A DNA stretch of 61,878 bases, from assembly GCA_964019425.1 (NCBI GenBank), contig OZ025805.1, positions 1,116,001-1,177,878 on the forward strand, in the 5' to 3' direction. This stretch comes from Flectonema sp. DT1601 (lineage: Eukaryota). The notes beneath the pieces were generated by a model. That model searched no databases, had not been told where the DNA came from, and worked only from the letters and a program-made list of their open reading frames with translations. The position numbers were made by a program, and so were the translations under genes. This document shows, in pieces, positions 22,860 through 34,026 of the stretch (positions within the stretch are counted from its first letter, which is position 1; each line of letters begins with the position of its first letter).

Positions 22860-24521
22860 ATGGCCTTACCATCCATGAACCGAATGTCGGTGTTGGTTTG
22901 GGTGGCTGATAAACACCTGGAAGAAGTAATTGGTGGGCAGCTGTTTAAAGAAGAAGTTGAGGTATTGAACCCAACACACTTGGCTGCGATATTAGAAAAT
23001 AGATTAAATGAAAAAGGTGTTCCAGTAGCTGTTGGACTCATCGATTGGTTTGATGAAGGAGCAGAGAAATGGATTCCGATGTCTGATACTCAAGACTTGA
23101 GTTTGATGACATCACTTCCTAGCAATCCATTGAAATTACGAGTTTGGAGTCGTCGTCGACAATTCACTTGTCGTATTCATCCATTACGAGAACCAGTCTC
23201 TCCAAACTACCCAATCCGAACTGTTTCCTTTCACGCCATTGACATCCGAGACTTTGAGTCAGAGCTTCGAGCAAGGGTTCCTCCTTATGAATCTGATTTT
23301 AAAGAAATTCTTTATTTGTGTAACTTTTCCGGATGGACGCTACTTGAGGACATCTCTCGTATTCCTGTTGATTCTCATGTTGTTGACTTGAAGCTTCTTA
23401 CTGCTGATTTTAATAAATACGATTTGCTACCTGCTCCTGATATGAGTTTACCTCCTGGTAATGATGGAGGGTCTGATGATAGACTTCGATATTTGATTGC
23501 GATGGAACAGGAACGACAGAGAAGTAGTAGTCCTCAAGAACCAATAGCAACCGTACCAATTATTAAGAAATCAATTGTTGTTCCTGAAGTACCCGTCGTG
23601 TTTGGTAACGATGAAGTATTAATGCCTGGAAGGATTGCTATTCAACCATTACCTCACACAACTGCTGAAGTTCGATATCTTCACAATAGTAATATCGAAA
23701 CGGCTTTACAACAACCAGCCCATCAAGAGCATTTACAAAGAGTTAAGAGAAAGGAAGAAGCTCTCAAGAAACAAGACCCAAACAGAGTAGATTGTTGTTA
23801 CCCGGGTTCTGGTCAAGTTCACTCCGTAGATTCATCAGGTCATGGTGACTTAAAACGACAAGTGATATCATACACAAGACAACTACTTCAGGATCCGTGT
23901 TCTCCAGTACAAGTCTACCTACCAGCTGGTGGATTACCAACACAGGATTTGGTTAACTTAACTGCTCTAGTCGGACATTATTTTATGGTTCGCTGTCCTG
24001 TTTGTCCTCATGCTATTCTTGAAGTAGAAGACAAGGCTCATATTCATGATATCTTAGCAAATTGTATTTCAGAGTTGCCGTACACTGCGAACCTGCAGCG
24101 CAGGAGACAAGACGATTTACGTCAAATGCAAGAAGCTGGTCCTTCAGTGACTGAACAGATAGAGAATTATAGATCTTCTTCTCAATCACCTCCTCCTCAA
24201 GTTGTTTTAATGAGACCTGTTCTGAGTTCAGATTCTACTATCGCTGTTTATGGTACCGTCACGTATCCCTCTCCTGTTGTTTGTAAATGGTTTCTTCAAA
24301 CTTCACAAAAGACTATCGACATTGAAGATATCTTTATCCGCGGGATGGCAATCACAGAACCAGTTTCAGCCTCTTCGTTCTGTTTGAAATTCCTTCCGGG
24401 AGCGTTGCAGCGATCATTAAATTATGAATTAACATTACGAGTGACACCAGAGGTAGCTCACCTTCGGGATCACTACGGGGAAGCTACACAGCAGTTTAGC
24501 CTGCCGACGGCTTCTTCGTGA
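22860..24521 (+). CDS. Hypothetical protein, 553 aa, with a possible C-terminal REJ/Ig-like domain
   Basis: Long ORF; the C-terminal LKFLPGALQRSLNYELTLRV resembles REJ-type beta sandwiches (by eye). Confidence 0.7.
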   Translation: MALPSMNRMSVLVWVADKHLEEVIGGQLFKEEVEVLNPTHLAAILENRLNEKGVPVAVGLIDWFDEGAEKWIPMSDTQDLSLMTSLPSNPLKLRVWSRRRQFTCRIHPLREPVSPNYPIRTVSFHAIDIRDFESELRARVPPYESDFKEILYLCNFSGWTLLEDISRIPVDSHVVDLKLLTADFNKYDLLPAPDMSLPPGNDGGSDDRLRYLIAMEQERQRSSSPQEPIATVPIIKKSIVVPEVPVVFGNDEVLMPGRIAIQPLPHTTAEVRYLHNSNIETALQQPAHQEHLQRVKRKEEALKKQDPNRVDCCYPGSGQVHSVDSSGHGDLKRQVISYTRQLLQDPCSPVQVYLPAGGLPTQDLVNLTALVGHYFMVRCPVCPHAILEVEDKAHIHDILANCISELPYTANLQRRRQDDLRQMQEAGPSVTEQIENYRSSSQSPPPQVVLMRPVLSSDSTIAVYGTVTYPSPVVCKWFLQTSQKTIDIEDIFIRGMAITEPVSASSFCLKFLPGALQRSLNYELTLRVTPEVAHLRDHYGEATQQFSLPTASS

Positions 24522-25197
24522 AGAGACTTTCTTACAGTGGAAACTGCGCAGCAATTTGGCCTGTCAGCAGTTTCTTCTAATTATTGTGTGAACTGTGGTA
24601 CGTCTCACCTATGATTGGTAGAGAAAATATTCCATGAATCCACATTGTGTCTTCAGAAGTATTACACCTTAACAATAACAGTGCGAACCTAATTACTTTT
24701 CAACTATTATAAAAGCTGATCGATAAACCTACCCGAGCGTGTTGGGATAATCTGATGGTGAGTTGTAGTTTTCCTCAGGTAGTAGTTTTGCTCAAGGTTG
24801 GCCATATTTGGAATCTGCTTGCTTTGCGGAAAAGCAACAGCCGAGAGATTATTTTTGTTTTTATTTGTCTTAGTTACTTCGTTTGTGGTAGACCTTTATT
24901 GATAAGAAGATTTAGAAATATAATGGAACACTGTCACCAGCAGGCTTCTGAAAGCTAACTGGATAAATGGTTTTCTGTTTATCGTTGATCTTGTCACCAG
25001 TTGTTGTTGTTGTTCTTTACTTGTGAGTTTTATGACGAGCTGTGAATTGCGAGTTCATGTCTCCCACGTACATGTTTTCTGCGATTTGTATTTCTAGAAT
25101 TCTAATTACGATTTGTTCTTTATTTAGATTTGGATACCAAGAAAGTTTATATAAAAGTCATCCTTATAATTATATTCAACAGGTGTGATCACTAAAT

Positions 25198-26715
25198 ATG
25201 CACACTACAATGATCGTACTGCTACTGGTAGTAGCCATGAGCTGTCCTTCATCTTGTGTTGAGTTATTTTGGACACCAGAACGATCTAACCAATACTGTA
25301 ATACTTTACCTAAAACAAAACCGAGTCAGGTAACTTCAGAACAATCACCGATAGTGGGATCGAATAACTACATTTGCATGAGACTGATTGGACAGAATGT
25401 TATTTTTTCTCCGGTTGATTTTTTAGAAATAATGTTCGGAAGACTATACGGTGGAGACTCTTCAACGTGTGACACTACTGGTGGTTCTCAATGTAATGGA
25501 ATAGTTGGATTACAATTACCGTTTAGACAGGGATTCAACTTTACTTTTTGGTGGTCGGCTGGATCTGACACCAATCGTTTTGTAATTGCCCCTCCAATTG
25601 GTCCGATCATCGCAGCTTTCAATTTTGAAAGGGCAGTCCCATTACCAAATGATGATCTTTTATACAACAGCAGCATCACTGCTCCTTGTGAGTTACTAGC
25701 TGACACGGGGTTCTTCGCAATAGAAGCGTCGCTCTTGATTAGAACAAATAAAATAACTATCAAGACGTTGATTACGACTTATCAAAGTGGAGTGGAAGCA
25801 CAATTCTCAAAAGTAGGAATTCGATGTGTTATTCCTCAATCACAAAGTTTGAATGATGTTGGAAACTGGTCGTATGGTTTTGAGAGTAGTTTAAAAACTC
25901 CTAACAGTAAAGCTCTTCACGATGAATCGAAGTCTCAAGTTGGACTTAGTCACATGGCAACTGATACTTATCAAGTTGATTATAAGAAAGGGATATATTC
26001 ACATGCATCGCATCTTACTTATCAACCAAAACCAGGAAACGAGTTCTGCGATCAACACGAAGGGTTCGATAAATGTAAAGCACCGTGTGAATGGATTCCT
26101 CTGAGAGGATGTAAGTTTAATAACATTCCAATCTATGATAGCCAACAACCTGTTGATCCTGTTCCTGATAATTATAATGTGACGGTCACACTACAGGATA
26201 ATGATTACTCTTGTTGTTCTGTTTCTACTCATGTTTCTGTTTGTTATTCTCCTCCTTGTCAATCAAAAGATTTAATCTGGTTTAACAGCACTGATGATTC
26301 GTCAACAATCTCTTTAACTCTCCCTGAGTGTAGTGATTGTCAACCAGCATCCCTATTTACAATATCTTCATTCAACACATTGACTTCTGGTGGTAATGTT
26401 GTAGTCACAACAGGAACGGCTTATTATTCTGGTAAATTGTTGCGTATTGTGATACCAATTATTCAAAATACAACCTCTCCTTCGATTCTCAAGAAAGAAG
26501 AAGAAGGAGATATAACGATCATAATAATCTTGGTCATCTGTTCTATTTTATTAATCGCTGCGATCATCGGAATGTGGATTTGGTATCGAAAGAGACGGAA
26601 CAACATGTCTGACAGTGATGAAGAAGACAATGAAGTAACAATGATGGAAGGCTTGATGGAAAGAGAGAGCAACACATCCATAAATAATATCGATTCCAAT
26701 GAAGGAGCGATCTAA
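25198..26715 (+). CDS. Type I membrane/surface glycoprotein, 505 aa
   Basis: Signal peptide, Cys- and N-x-S/T-rich ectodomain, TM (IIIILVICSILLIAAIIGMWIWY, then RKRR) and acidic tail. Confidence 0.8.
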   Translation: MHTTMIVLLLVVAMSCPSSCVELFWTPERSNQYCNTLPKTKPSQVTSEQSPIVGSNNYICMRLIGQNVIFSPVDFLEIMFGRLYGGDSSTCDTTGGSQCNGIVGLQLPFRQGFNFTFWWSAGSDTNRFVIAPPIGPIIAAFNFERAVPLPNDDLLYNSSITAPCELLADTGFFAIEASLLIRTNKITIKTLITTYQSGVEAQFSKVGIRCVIPQSQSLNDVGNWSYGFESSLKTPNSKALHDESKSQVGLSHMATDTYQVDYKKGIYSHASHLTYQPKPGNEFCDQHEGFDKCKAPCEWIPLRGCKFNNIPIYDSQQPVDPVPDNYNVTVTLQDNDYSCCSVSTHVSVCYSPPCQSKDLIWFNSTDDSSTISLTLPECSDCQPASLFTISSFNTLTSGGNVVVTTGTAYYSGKLLRIVIPIIQNTTSPSILKKEEEGDITIIIILVICSILLIAAIIGMWIWYRKRRNNMSDSDEEDNEVTMMEGLMERESNTSINNIDSNEGAI

Positions 26716-26738
26716 TCATTAGTGATTATGAAGTTTTT

Positions 26739-26772
<34 letters not shown>

Positions 26773-27354
26773 TTTCAATCAGTTTAGTTAATTCTCTTTT
26801 TTTTTTGCTTCTTCGTCAATTTGAGAAAAATAGAAAAACTTTTCCGTATGACTGTAGTATACTTTAATATACTTTCTCATCTGAACCTTTTTTCGTTTTT
26901 ATAATGTAACGAGTTCCTTGTCGTTGGGGAATGAAGTTTTCCCTAAAATGTATTTTTTTTTCATTCATACTTGTATAACTGTAAATATAAGTATATAAGT
27001 TTATTATTATGTTTTGTATTGTGTGATTTATTATAATAAAAATAGTCTTTATTTTATAACTTCTGATTGGCTTGCCGTTAAGATGCTTTGCAATGATTTG
27101 ATACCATCGTAAGGGAAGAGATAATTGAGTTGCGTATCATAATTAAATGAAGTCTATTACTGTTCAATAGTTTTACAATCTTGCACAAGTACAAAACCGG
27201 TCAACGATCTCTCAGAAGTTATTTTATTAAATTTTTTAGTAATTACTGTGCTTTTGATGTCGTTTTTTTTTGGTTTTTTTTAAAAAAAAAATTTACTATT
27301 TTTTGTCTCAATTTCCAGATTATTTTAACAAAAACCTTACAAATACAACACAAC

Positions 27355-28143
27355 ATGGACTTCGCTGCTCTTAGTGAATACCTTCCAGGTGATGAGTTTG
27401 AGTTTCACTCTCTTCTGAACAAGTCCTTGTTTGGAAGCATGGCAGTAGCAGCCTTACTATTGTTAACCGGGTTAACAGCTCCTTATGGAAGATACTCAAG
27501 AGAAGGATGGGGTATTCAAGTTCCTGGAAAGGCTGCTTGGATCCTCCAAGAATGCCCTTGCTTAGTAGCTGCAGTGATTTGCTTTTACTACAGAACACAA
27601 ACCAGTTTGGTGTCATATGTTTTGTTATCGCTGTTCGTCTTTCACTACTTCAATAGAACTCTGATCTTCCCTCTTAGAATTAGATGTGGTCAGCCAACTC
27701 CTTTATTTACTTTTTTATCGGCGCTATTCTTTTGTTCAGCCAACGGATATTTGATTTGTAGATCAATTACCCACTTTTCAGAATACTCAGAGTCATGGTT
27801 AACTTCACCACAATTTGTTATTGGAGTCACAATGTTTGTATCTGGTTGGTCTATTAACGTTCACAGTGATGGTGTTTTGCGTTCCCTTCGTAAACCTGGT
27901 GAGTCGGGATACAAGATTCCACGTGGAGGAATGTTCAACTACGTCACCGCCGCAAACTACTTCGGAGAAATCGTCGAGTGGACTGGATTTGCCCTTGCAT
28001 GCGGCACCTGGGTAGCGGCTGGATTTGCGATCAACACCGCCTTCAACCTCGGACCTCGTGCCCGCTCTCACCACAACTGGTACCAAAAGAAGTTCGATGA
28101 CTACCCAACTACTCGTAAAGTAATCATTCCTTTCATCTATTAA
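27355..28143 (+). CDS. 3-oxo-5-alpha-steroid 4-dehydrogenase (SRD5A/DET2 family)
   Basis: APYGRY, AWILQECP, HYFNR, LRSLRKPGESGYKIPRGGMFNYVTAANYFGEIVEW, HHNWYQKKF; first ATG at 27355. Confidence 0.93.
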   Translation: MDFAALSEYLPGDEFEFHSLLNKSLFGSMAVAALLLLTGLTAPYGRYSREGWGIQVPGKAAWILQECPCLVAAVICFYYRTQTSLVSYVLLSLFVFHYFNRTLIFPLRIRCGQPTPLFTFLSALFFCSANGYLICRSITHFSEYSESWLTSPQFVIGVTMFVSGWSINVHSDGVLRSLRKPGESGYKIPRGGMFNYVTAANYFGEIVEWTGFALACGTWVAAGFAINTAFNLGPRARSHHNWYQKKFDDYPTTRKVIIPFIY

Positions 28144-29963
28144 AAGTATTTATATGATGATGATTATGATTAGTTAACAATACTCTTTCTGAAAGTTATA
28201 AGAAGTAAGTCTGGGCTATTCATTGAATTTATTTTAAAAGCGTTATCCGGAGTACGTCGAAAACATTCAGCTCAAGTGGACTTGCTGAACACTTCAAGGT
28301 GATGAAAAGAAATCTATTTCCCAGTTTCGTTCAGCGTGGGATACTGCTGTTTTAAAAAAAAAAAAAAAAAGAAGAAAAAAAAATAAATAAAAAAAAACTG
28401 ATTTCGTAAATACCAACCAATAAAGTGGTAGCATCACAGTGTTCTTCATACCGCTGTTAGCATGCATCACTTTTAAGGTCTTTCTGCTGACCTACTCTGA
28501 AGAAAAAAAACTTAAAAAAGGTGCTCGCTGAAATATATATGTGCATGGGCATTATCACTGCAGCAAAAGAAAACAAAAGGAAAAAAAAACAAAACATCAA
28601 ATGGATCTCCTCATCTTTCATACATCGTAAGATGGGAGATGAAAAGAAAGAAAAAAAAAAGACATAAATAAAAAAAAAGAAAAAAAAAAAAAAGAAACGG
28701 AAAAGTCTGAAATTATTACTCATGTGTGGTATTACAAATTTTATTATAAATAATATTTAATACAAAATAAAATAAAAGTAATAAAAAACAAAAAAAAAAA
28801 AAAAAAAAAAAGAGGAGGACAAAGTAAAAATCTGTTTGAGCTTTGAACAATGCACTTCTTCCCTCCTTCCGCCCCTTTTTTTCTCACTCTCTGATCTCTT
28901 TTTAAGTTACAACCCGAGCTGTTTTAAAATAGCGCAGTAGGATATGTTTTTGTGTGGCGTTCGATTAGTAGTGCATTACTGTTATTCTTGTTTAGGTAAT
29001 TTCATAATCAAAGTGATGGTAGCACTATTTCGTACCCACTCTTGACTTGTTTCCAACGCAGCTAAAGACTTTCAAAATGTGACGAAGACTGGTAATTGTG
29101 GATTTACTTGTCTTTTTCTGTTTTCCTCTCTCTCATCAGAATTTTTTATTTTCTTGGCTTTTTCGTTCCAGCAAAAAAAAAACGTTTCACTTTTTTAATT
29201 TTATTTTTTGCATCCACACTTTTGTATGGAACGAAATATAATTGACCTGATGGATCACAGTTCACAATTCTGTTCTCCCTTTGCCCTCCGAGTTCTTCTT
29301 CCTTTTTTTCTCTAGTTGCGTTGTCGAAAATAAACCAAACCAGCTTTTTACTTTTTGAGTCAAATCGGTTTCAGCGACTTCGAAAAAAACAAAAAAACGT
29401 GTTTTGTGTGTATTTGTAAAGGGTTTTCTGATTTCTGAATAGCGCCAAGCCCTATGCAAGTGATTCTTTAACCCCCCCATTATACTTCCTTCTCCCCCTC
29501 AGGAATTACTGAACAAGATCAAAGGCTCAATTTATATTTTTGTCATTTCTTTCCTTTCCTTTTTTTTTTTTTTTTTTTTTAAATTTATATATTTTCAGTA
29601 AACATTTTAAAGAAAACAATGATATTAGGTACTTTTTCTTTTTTCTTCATTTTTTTTTTTTGTTATACTGTTGGAAAACATTAGTTTTTTTTGCCGAATC
29701 TTTTCGTCAAATGGCAAGTTGCTGATCCCGCTATCGGTATTTAACTGACGTCAACTCGTCGACAGTTCTGTGAAATTCGCGCGTTGCTATGTAATTCATC
29801 ATTCTGCCAAGCAAGGAAAGATTCTACAAGCGAGTAACTTGCTTTTCATAATTCAAAAACATAATTCTAATTGCACATATTTCTGAGTAGTTCCTTAGCA
29901 GTTATTTTAATAAAAATAAAATATTTATTCTTAAAGTGACCGAGCTCTCACGGGGTCAGTAAA

Positions 29964-30470
29964 ATGAATTCGTTTCAGCGTTCTCTTAATGAGGCAAGAG
30001 TAGCAACTAAGGCAACGATACCTTTGGTCCAAAAGAGAAAACCAGTAAATTTAGGTAAAGGAGTGGAAGACTCTTCCCTGGGAAGGAATTTCGGAAGAGA
30101 AAAGCTTAACTGGATTAAGGTCGGAGATCATGAAGCTAACACTCGAATGGACCACGTTTACGATACTGAGTTGGGAAATGGAGGTCGTCTGACAAAGATG
30201 GAAGTTCTCAGTTGGAGTCGAATTCTCCGTTCCCCGACATTCGCTGCATGGCTTGGGTTGCCATGTTTGTTGAGTGTTGCATATCTTTGCTGTTTAAGAA
30301 TTTACGGACTTTATCTTGGCTCACATAATATACGTAATGAAGATGCTTTAATAAAATACTACGAGGAACAAGGAAGGTCACCTGACGAACTACTACTCGA
30401 AAGGTTAGTGAGCCCATCATACGATTTTAAGCCACGTAAAAGCTACTTATTAGGACTGTTTGACGAATAA
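29964..30470 (+). CDS. Hypothetical single-TM protein, 168 aa
   Basis: ORF on the cluster strand with one hydrophobic segment (FAAWLGLPCLLSVAYLCCL). Confidence 0.65.
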   Translation: MNSFQRSLNEARVATKATIPLVQKRKPVNLGKGVEDSSLGRNFGREKLNWIKVGDHEANTRMDHVYDTELGNGGRLTKMEVLSWSRILRSPTFAAWLGLPCLLSVAYLCCLRIYGLYLGSHNIRNEDALIKYYEEQGRSPDELLLERLVSPSYDFKPRKSYLLGLFDE

Positions 30471-30791
30471 TAGGACTACAAAAGCGAATAATTTGGTCAT
30501 TACTTCCCACGTTGTCAAAGGAAATAGACATCGAGACTATCAACTTATATCTCATGTTGACTGCTTATGAAAAAAAAAAACAGAAATACAAAGAAAAGGA
30601 TTCCTGAATAAGATTTTTATTCCCTGAGGACGACATAGTTTTTCAGTCAACAAGGGCGGATCATATTTTCTTATAAAAAAACAATTCTTATTAAAAATCT
30701 AAAAAAGCAAATGCGGAACTTTATTAATTTACAATTCACTATTTTTAAAAACAACCCACATATCTTTTACTTCGGACAGAATTATAAAAAA

Positions 30792-31878
30792 ATGAAGGGA
30801 AGCGGAATACCTGATGATCCACTTTCCACGGCAGCAAGAAGTAAGCTGCTGGCTCAGTTGAGAACGTGTACTCTGAAACACGATGAGTTGGGTCAGGAAA
30901 TTCTGGTATGTTAGTTTTATCGTAGGAGTCAAAAACTGTTTGAGTTTGGACATCTTTTTCTTATTTAAATAATAAAACAGCTCAACCTGATTCTTCAGAA
31001 TCTCCTCCACAACAATCTCATTGACCAAGCAGACAAGATGATCTGCAACACTGAATTGAATGAACCTTACAGATCAACTAATCAAGTATGTATTATTTTA
31101 GCTAATGTTTGATTTAGTAATGAATGAAATAAAACTTTTCAATCAGGCTGCACGATTCTGTTTCTACAAGGGATACGTTAAAGCTGTACAGCTTGATTAC
31201 ACAGAAAGTAATAATCTGCTTCAGCAGGCATTGCGAAAGGCACCTGAGAAGGCGTTAGGATTTAGAACAATCGCTACAAAGCTTTGGTTGATTGTCCAAC
31301 TGTTGATGGGTGAGATCCCAGCGAGATCAGAGTTCTTGATAAAAGGATTGAAGAATGCTTTGACTCCATATCTTCAGTTGACTTCTTCAGTTCGTTTTGG
31401 TCAACTCTCTCGATTCACTAAAGTTGTTCATAAGAATGCAGACCTCTTCCATGATGATCGTACGTACATGTTAATTCAAAGAATTAGACACAACGTTATT
31501 AAAACTGGTCTTAGAAGGATATCACTCAGCTACAGCAGGATAACATTCAGAGACATCTGTGAGAAACTAAACCTTGAGAACCCTGAAGACACTGAGTACA
31601 TCGTAGCAAAAGCAATTAATGACCATGTGATTGAAGCTGTTATTGATCACGACAAGGGAGCTCTCGCTTCAAAAGAACTAACTGATATATATGGATCGTC
31701 TGAACCAGCTGCTGCATTTCACAAAAGAATAACTTACTGTAATCATGTTCATAATGATGCTATTCAGGCAATGAGATATCCATTTACTGAACATCAGGAT
31801 GAGGATCCAAACAGAAAAAAGCGTGAAGAAGAAGAGAGAGAAGTTCTAGCGGCTGTTCTTGAAGAAGGAATGTTCTAA
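30792..31878 (+). CDS. RPN3: 26S proteasome lid subunit RPN3/PSMD3, short form (~316 aa); exons 30792-30905, 30981-31085, 31147-31878
   Basis: LRTCTLKHDELGQ, NQAARFCFYKG, QQALRKAP, IVQLLMGEIP, RHNVIKTGLRRISLSYSRI, AFHKRI...AMRYP. Introns 30906-30980 and 31086-31146 keep the frame. Confidence 0.92.
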
Positions 31879-32286
31879 AATTGTGATCTGAGTTAGTTTT
31901 ATTGACTGACAACACTTATCACCTACTTGTGAATGTCTGGCAGTACAAGTAGTTTATATTATTGGAGGCAACAAAAATAAAAAGTAACGCCTGACCACTC
32001 TAGAGTTGTGTTTCTGGTTATCGTTACCTCACCTGCAGGATGAGAGATTTTATTTATGTAACTCTCGCATTGATATCCGGACACAAGAACAGAAAAAATG
32101 ACCAAAATATTTACTTAGTGTTCGCTCTCGTATTTCCCTCGTCCCCTAACTAAGTCCCTTCCCATGTCCTAACCCTTAACACGAACTCCTTTTAAGGGGT
32201 CCTTAGAATAAGTGGAAATGAAGTTAGTGTTAGCCTCAGAAGTTAACAAAAAAAAAAGAAAAAGCGAAAATATTGAGTTATTTAAG

Positions 32287-32323
<37 letters not shown>

Positions 32324-32520
32324 AAGGAAAAGGGAAAAAAAAAAAAAAACCAAAACAGCAACAACATTTCTACGTTTTTTATAAATAGAAAGAAGATAAG
32401 TAAATGAGATTTGGAAAAAAAAAAAAAAAAAAAAAAGTGATTCCTTTTTTGGAGGAGGTTTTTATTTACGTGAACGTGATGCTTATGTTATTTAACTATT
32501 CCACATAGTAGTAGGAAAAT

Positions 32521-33354
32521 ATGTATTCTGTTGCCCGAGAGTCATCCGCATCGAAGGTCGCAGCCTCAGGAAAGTATAAAGTAAAAGACTTAAAGGATCC
32601 TTCTAACGCTTATTATTTCCCTAAGTTGGAAAAGTTTTTAGAAAAGACGTACGAACATGAAAGTCTAGCCAAGGCATGCTACAGCAGAGCGATTGACATC
32701 TCTGCTCCATACGCAAAAATGGTTACTAAGAAGACGATTGACTCTCGGTGTGCCATCGCGTGTGTTGCTGTTGATGAACATGATGAAATTGTCGCGACAT
32801 CTTCAGCACTCGAATTAGTAATAAGTAGAGAGTCTGATAGAAACCCTGATGACATTCGACCAGTACAATTTATAAAAGAATTAGATTCCCTAGTCCGGAA
32901 GAACTTAGAACTGGAGAGCAAATACGATCCTTTTGTCGCTGACGTTAAAAAATGCATCGAAGAAGATCAACAAGAACCAGATTCAATGAAACACAGAGTA
33001 TTAGAAGGAGGAAGAACAGCATCATCAGTAAAAGGTGGGCTATTGATTTGTTCATTATGGATGGCACAGCAATTTGCATTGCGGCCCAACTTGCGTTATA
33101 TCGCTGGAAGAGGAAATGACGACATCGTTGCTGCGACGATTACGAACTCTGCGACTTATCGCCGTATTGCTTCACTTGAATATCGGAATTCATGTGTAGC
33201 AATAAAAAGAGACGGTGAGACTGGTGACGAGGCTCGCTTCAAATTCATAGCCACCCCAGCGAGAAAGATCCCAGAGGGAATGCCTCCTGGCTACGTTCGG
33301 GGAAGTCATTTCTCAGTATTCCTCCTCCCAACAGCGAAGGAAAGTAGGCTTTAA
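32521..33354 (+). CDS. Hypothetical peroxisomal/glycosomal protein, 277 aa (PTS1 -SRL)
   Basis: ORF ends in SRL-stop; weak resemblance to a GNAT fold (CVAVDEHDEIVAT). Confidence 0.7.
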   Translation: MYSVARESSASKVAASGKYKVKDLKDPSNAYYFPKLEKFLEKTYEHESLAKACYSRAIDISAPYAKMVTKKTIDSRCAIACVAVDEHDEIVATSSALELVISRESDRNPDDIRPVQFIKELDSLVRKNLELESKYDPFVADVKKCIEEDQQEPDSMKHRVLEGGRTASSVKGGLLICSLWMAQQFALRPNLRYIAGRGNDDIVAATITNSATYRRIASLEYRNSCVAIKRDGETGDEARFKFIATPARKIPEGMPPGYVRGSHFSVFLLPTAKESRL

Positions 33355-34026
33355 ATTAACGTGAGTTCCATCTGAATTATTAAAACTTATTTTGGCTGGT
33401 AAACTATGCAGCGATATTCTTTGTTCGTGTTTTCATTAATTGTGCGACAAACAAACATCATCGAGGGAAGACTTTTCTCATGCAACTCTCTCTCACAATT
33501 TTTTGTTTGTCCAATAAATAAGAAAACCTCTAATTCCGCACACAGTTTTTCAAAATCCGGAGAAGTCAACATAAGGTTTCAAAACTGCCAGCTCCACAAA
33601 TTACCATTACTTTCCGAAATTAAATTATGTGGTTGGCGGTTTTTCGAAAGTTTGTATTGAATTCCGTGGTTTTGAAAGATTTTGTGTGGAATTAGAGAGG
33701 TTTTCCCAAAATATTATTTTTTGTTGGTAACTTTTTCCATCCATTATTTAGGTTCTTTTCGATGAACAATCCGAACGATGTGCTCCTCACAATTGGTTAC
33801 CCCCCTTTTATGTGTTCCCTCAATTGTTTTCAGCAGTTTATCAACTTTGTAACGCTGTCAATGTGATCTTGTCCAACCAGCTCTTTTATTTTGAATAATT
33901 GGAAAACAAAAACAAAAGTAACACCAATCCCATCCTTTGTCAATTCATTCACGAAGTTGAATCCAAACTTAACTTTTTTTTTTTTATTATTTATCAGACG
34001 AGAAAAAAGAGTAATCAAATAAAAGA

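Noticed and set aside
32140..32180. Telomere-like CCCTAA fragments
   Set aside because: Scattered and degenerate, not a tandem array.
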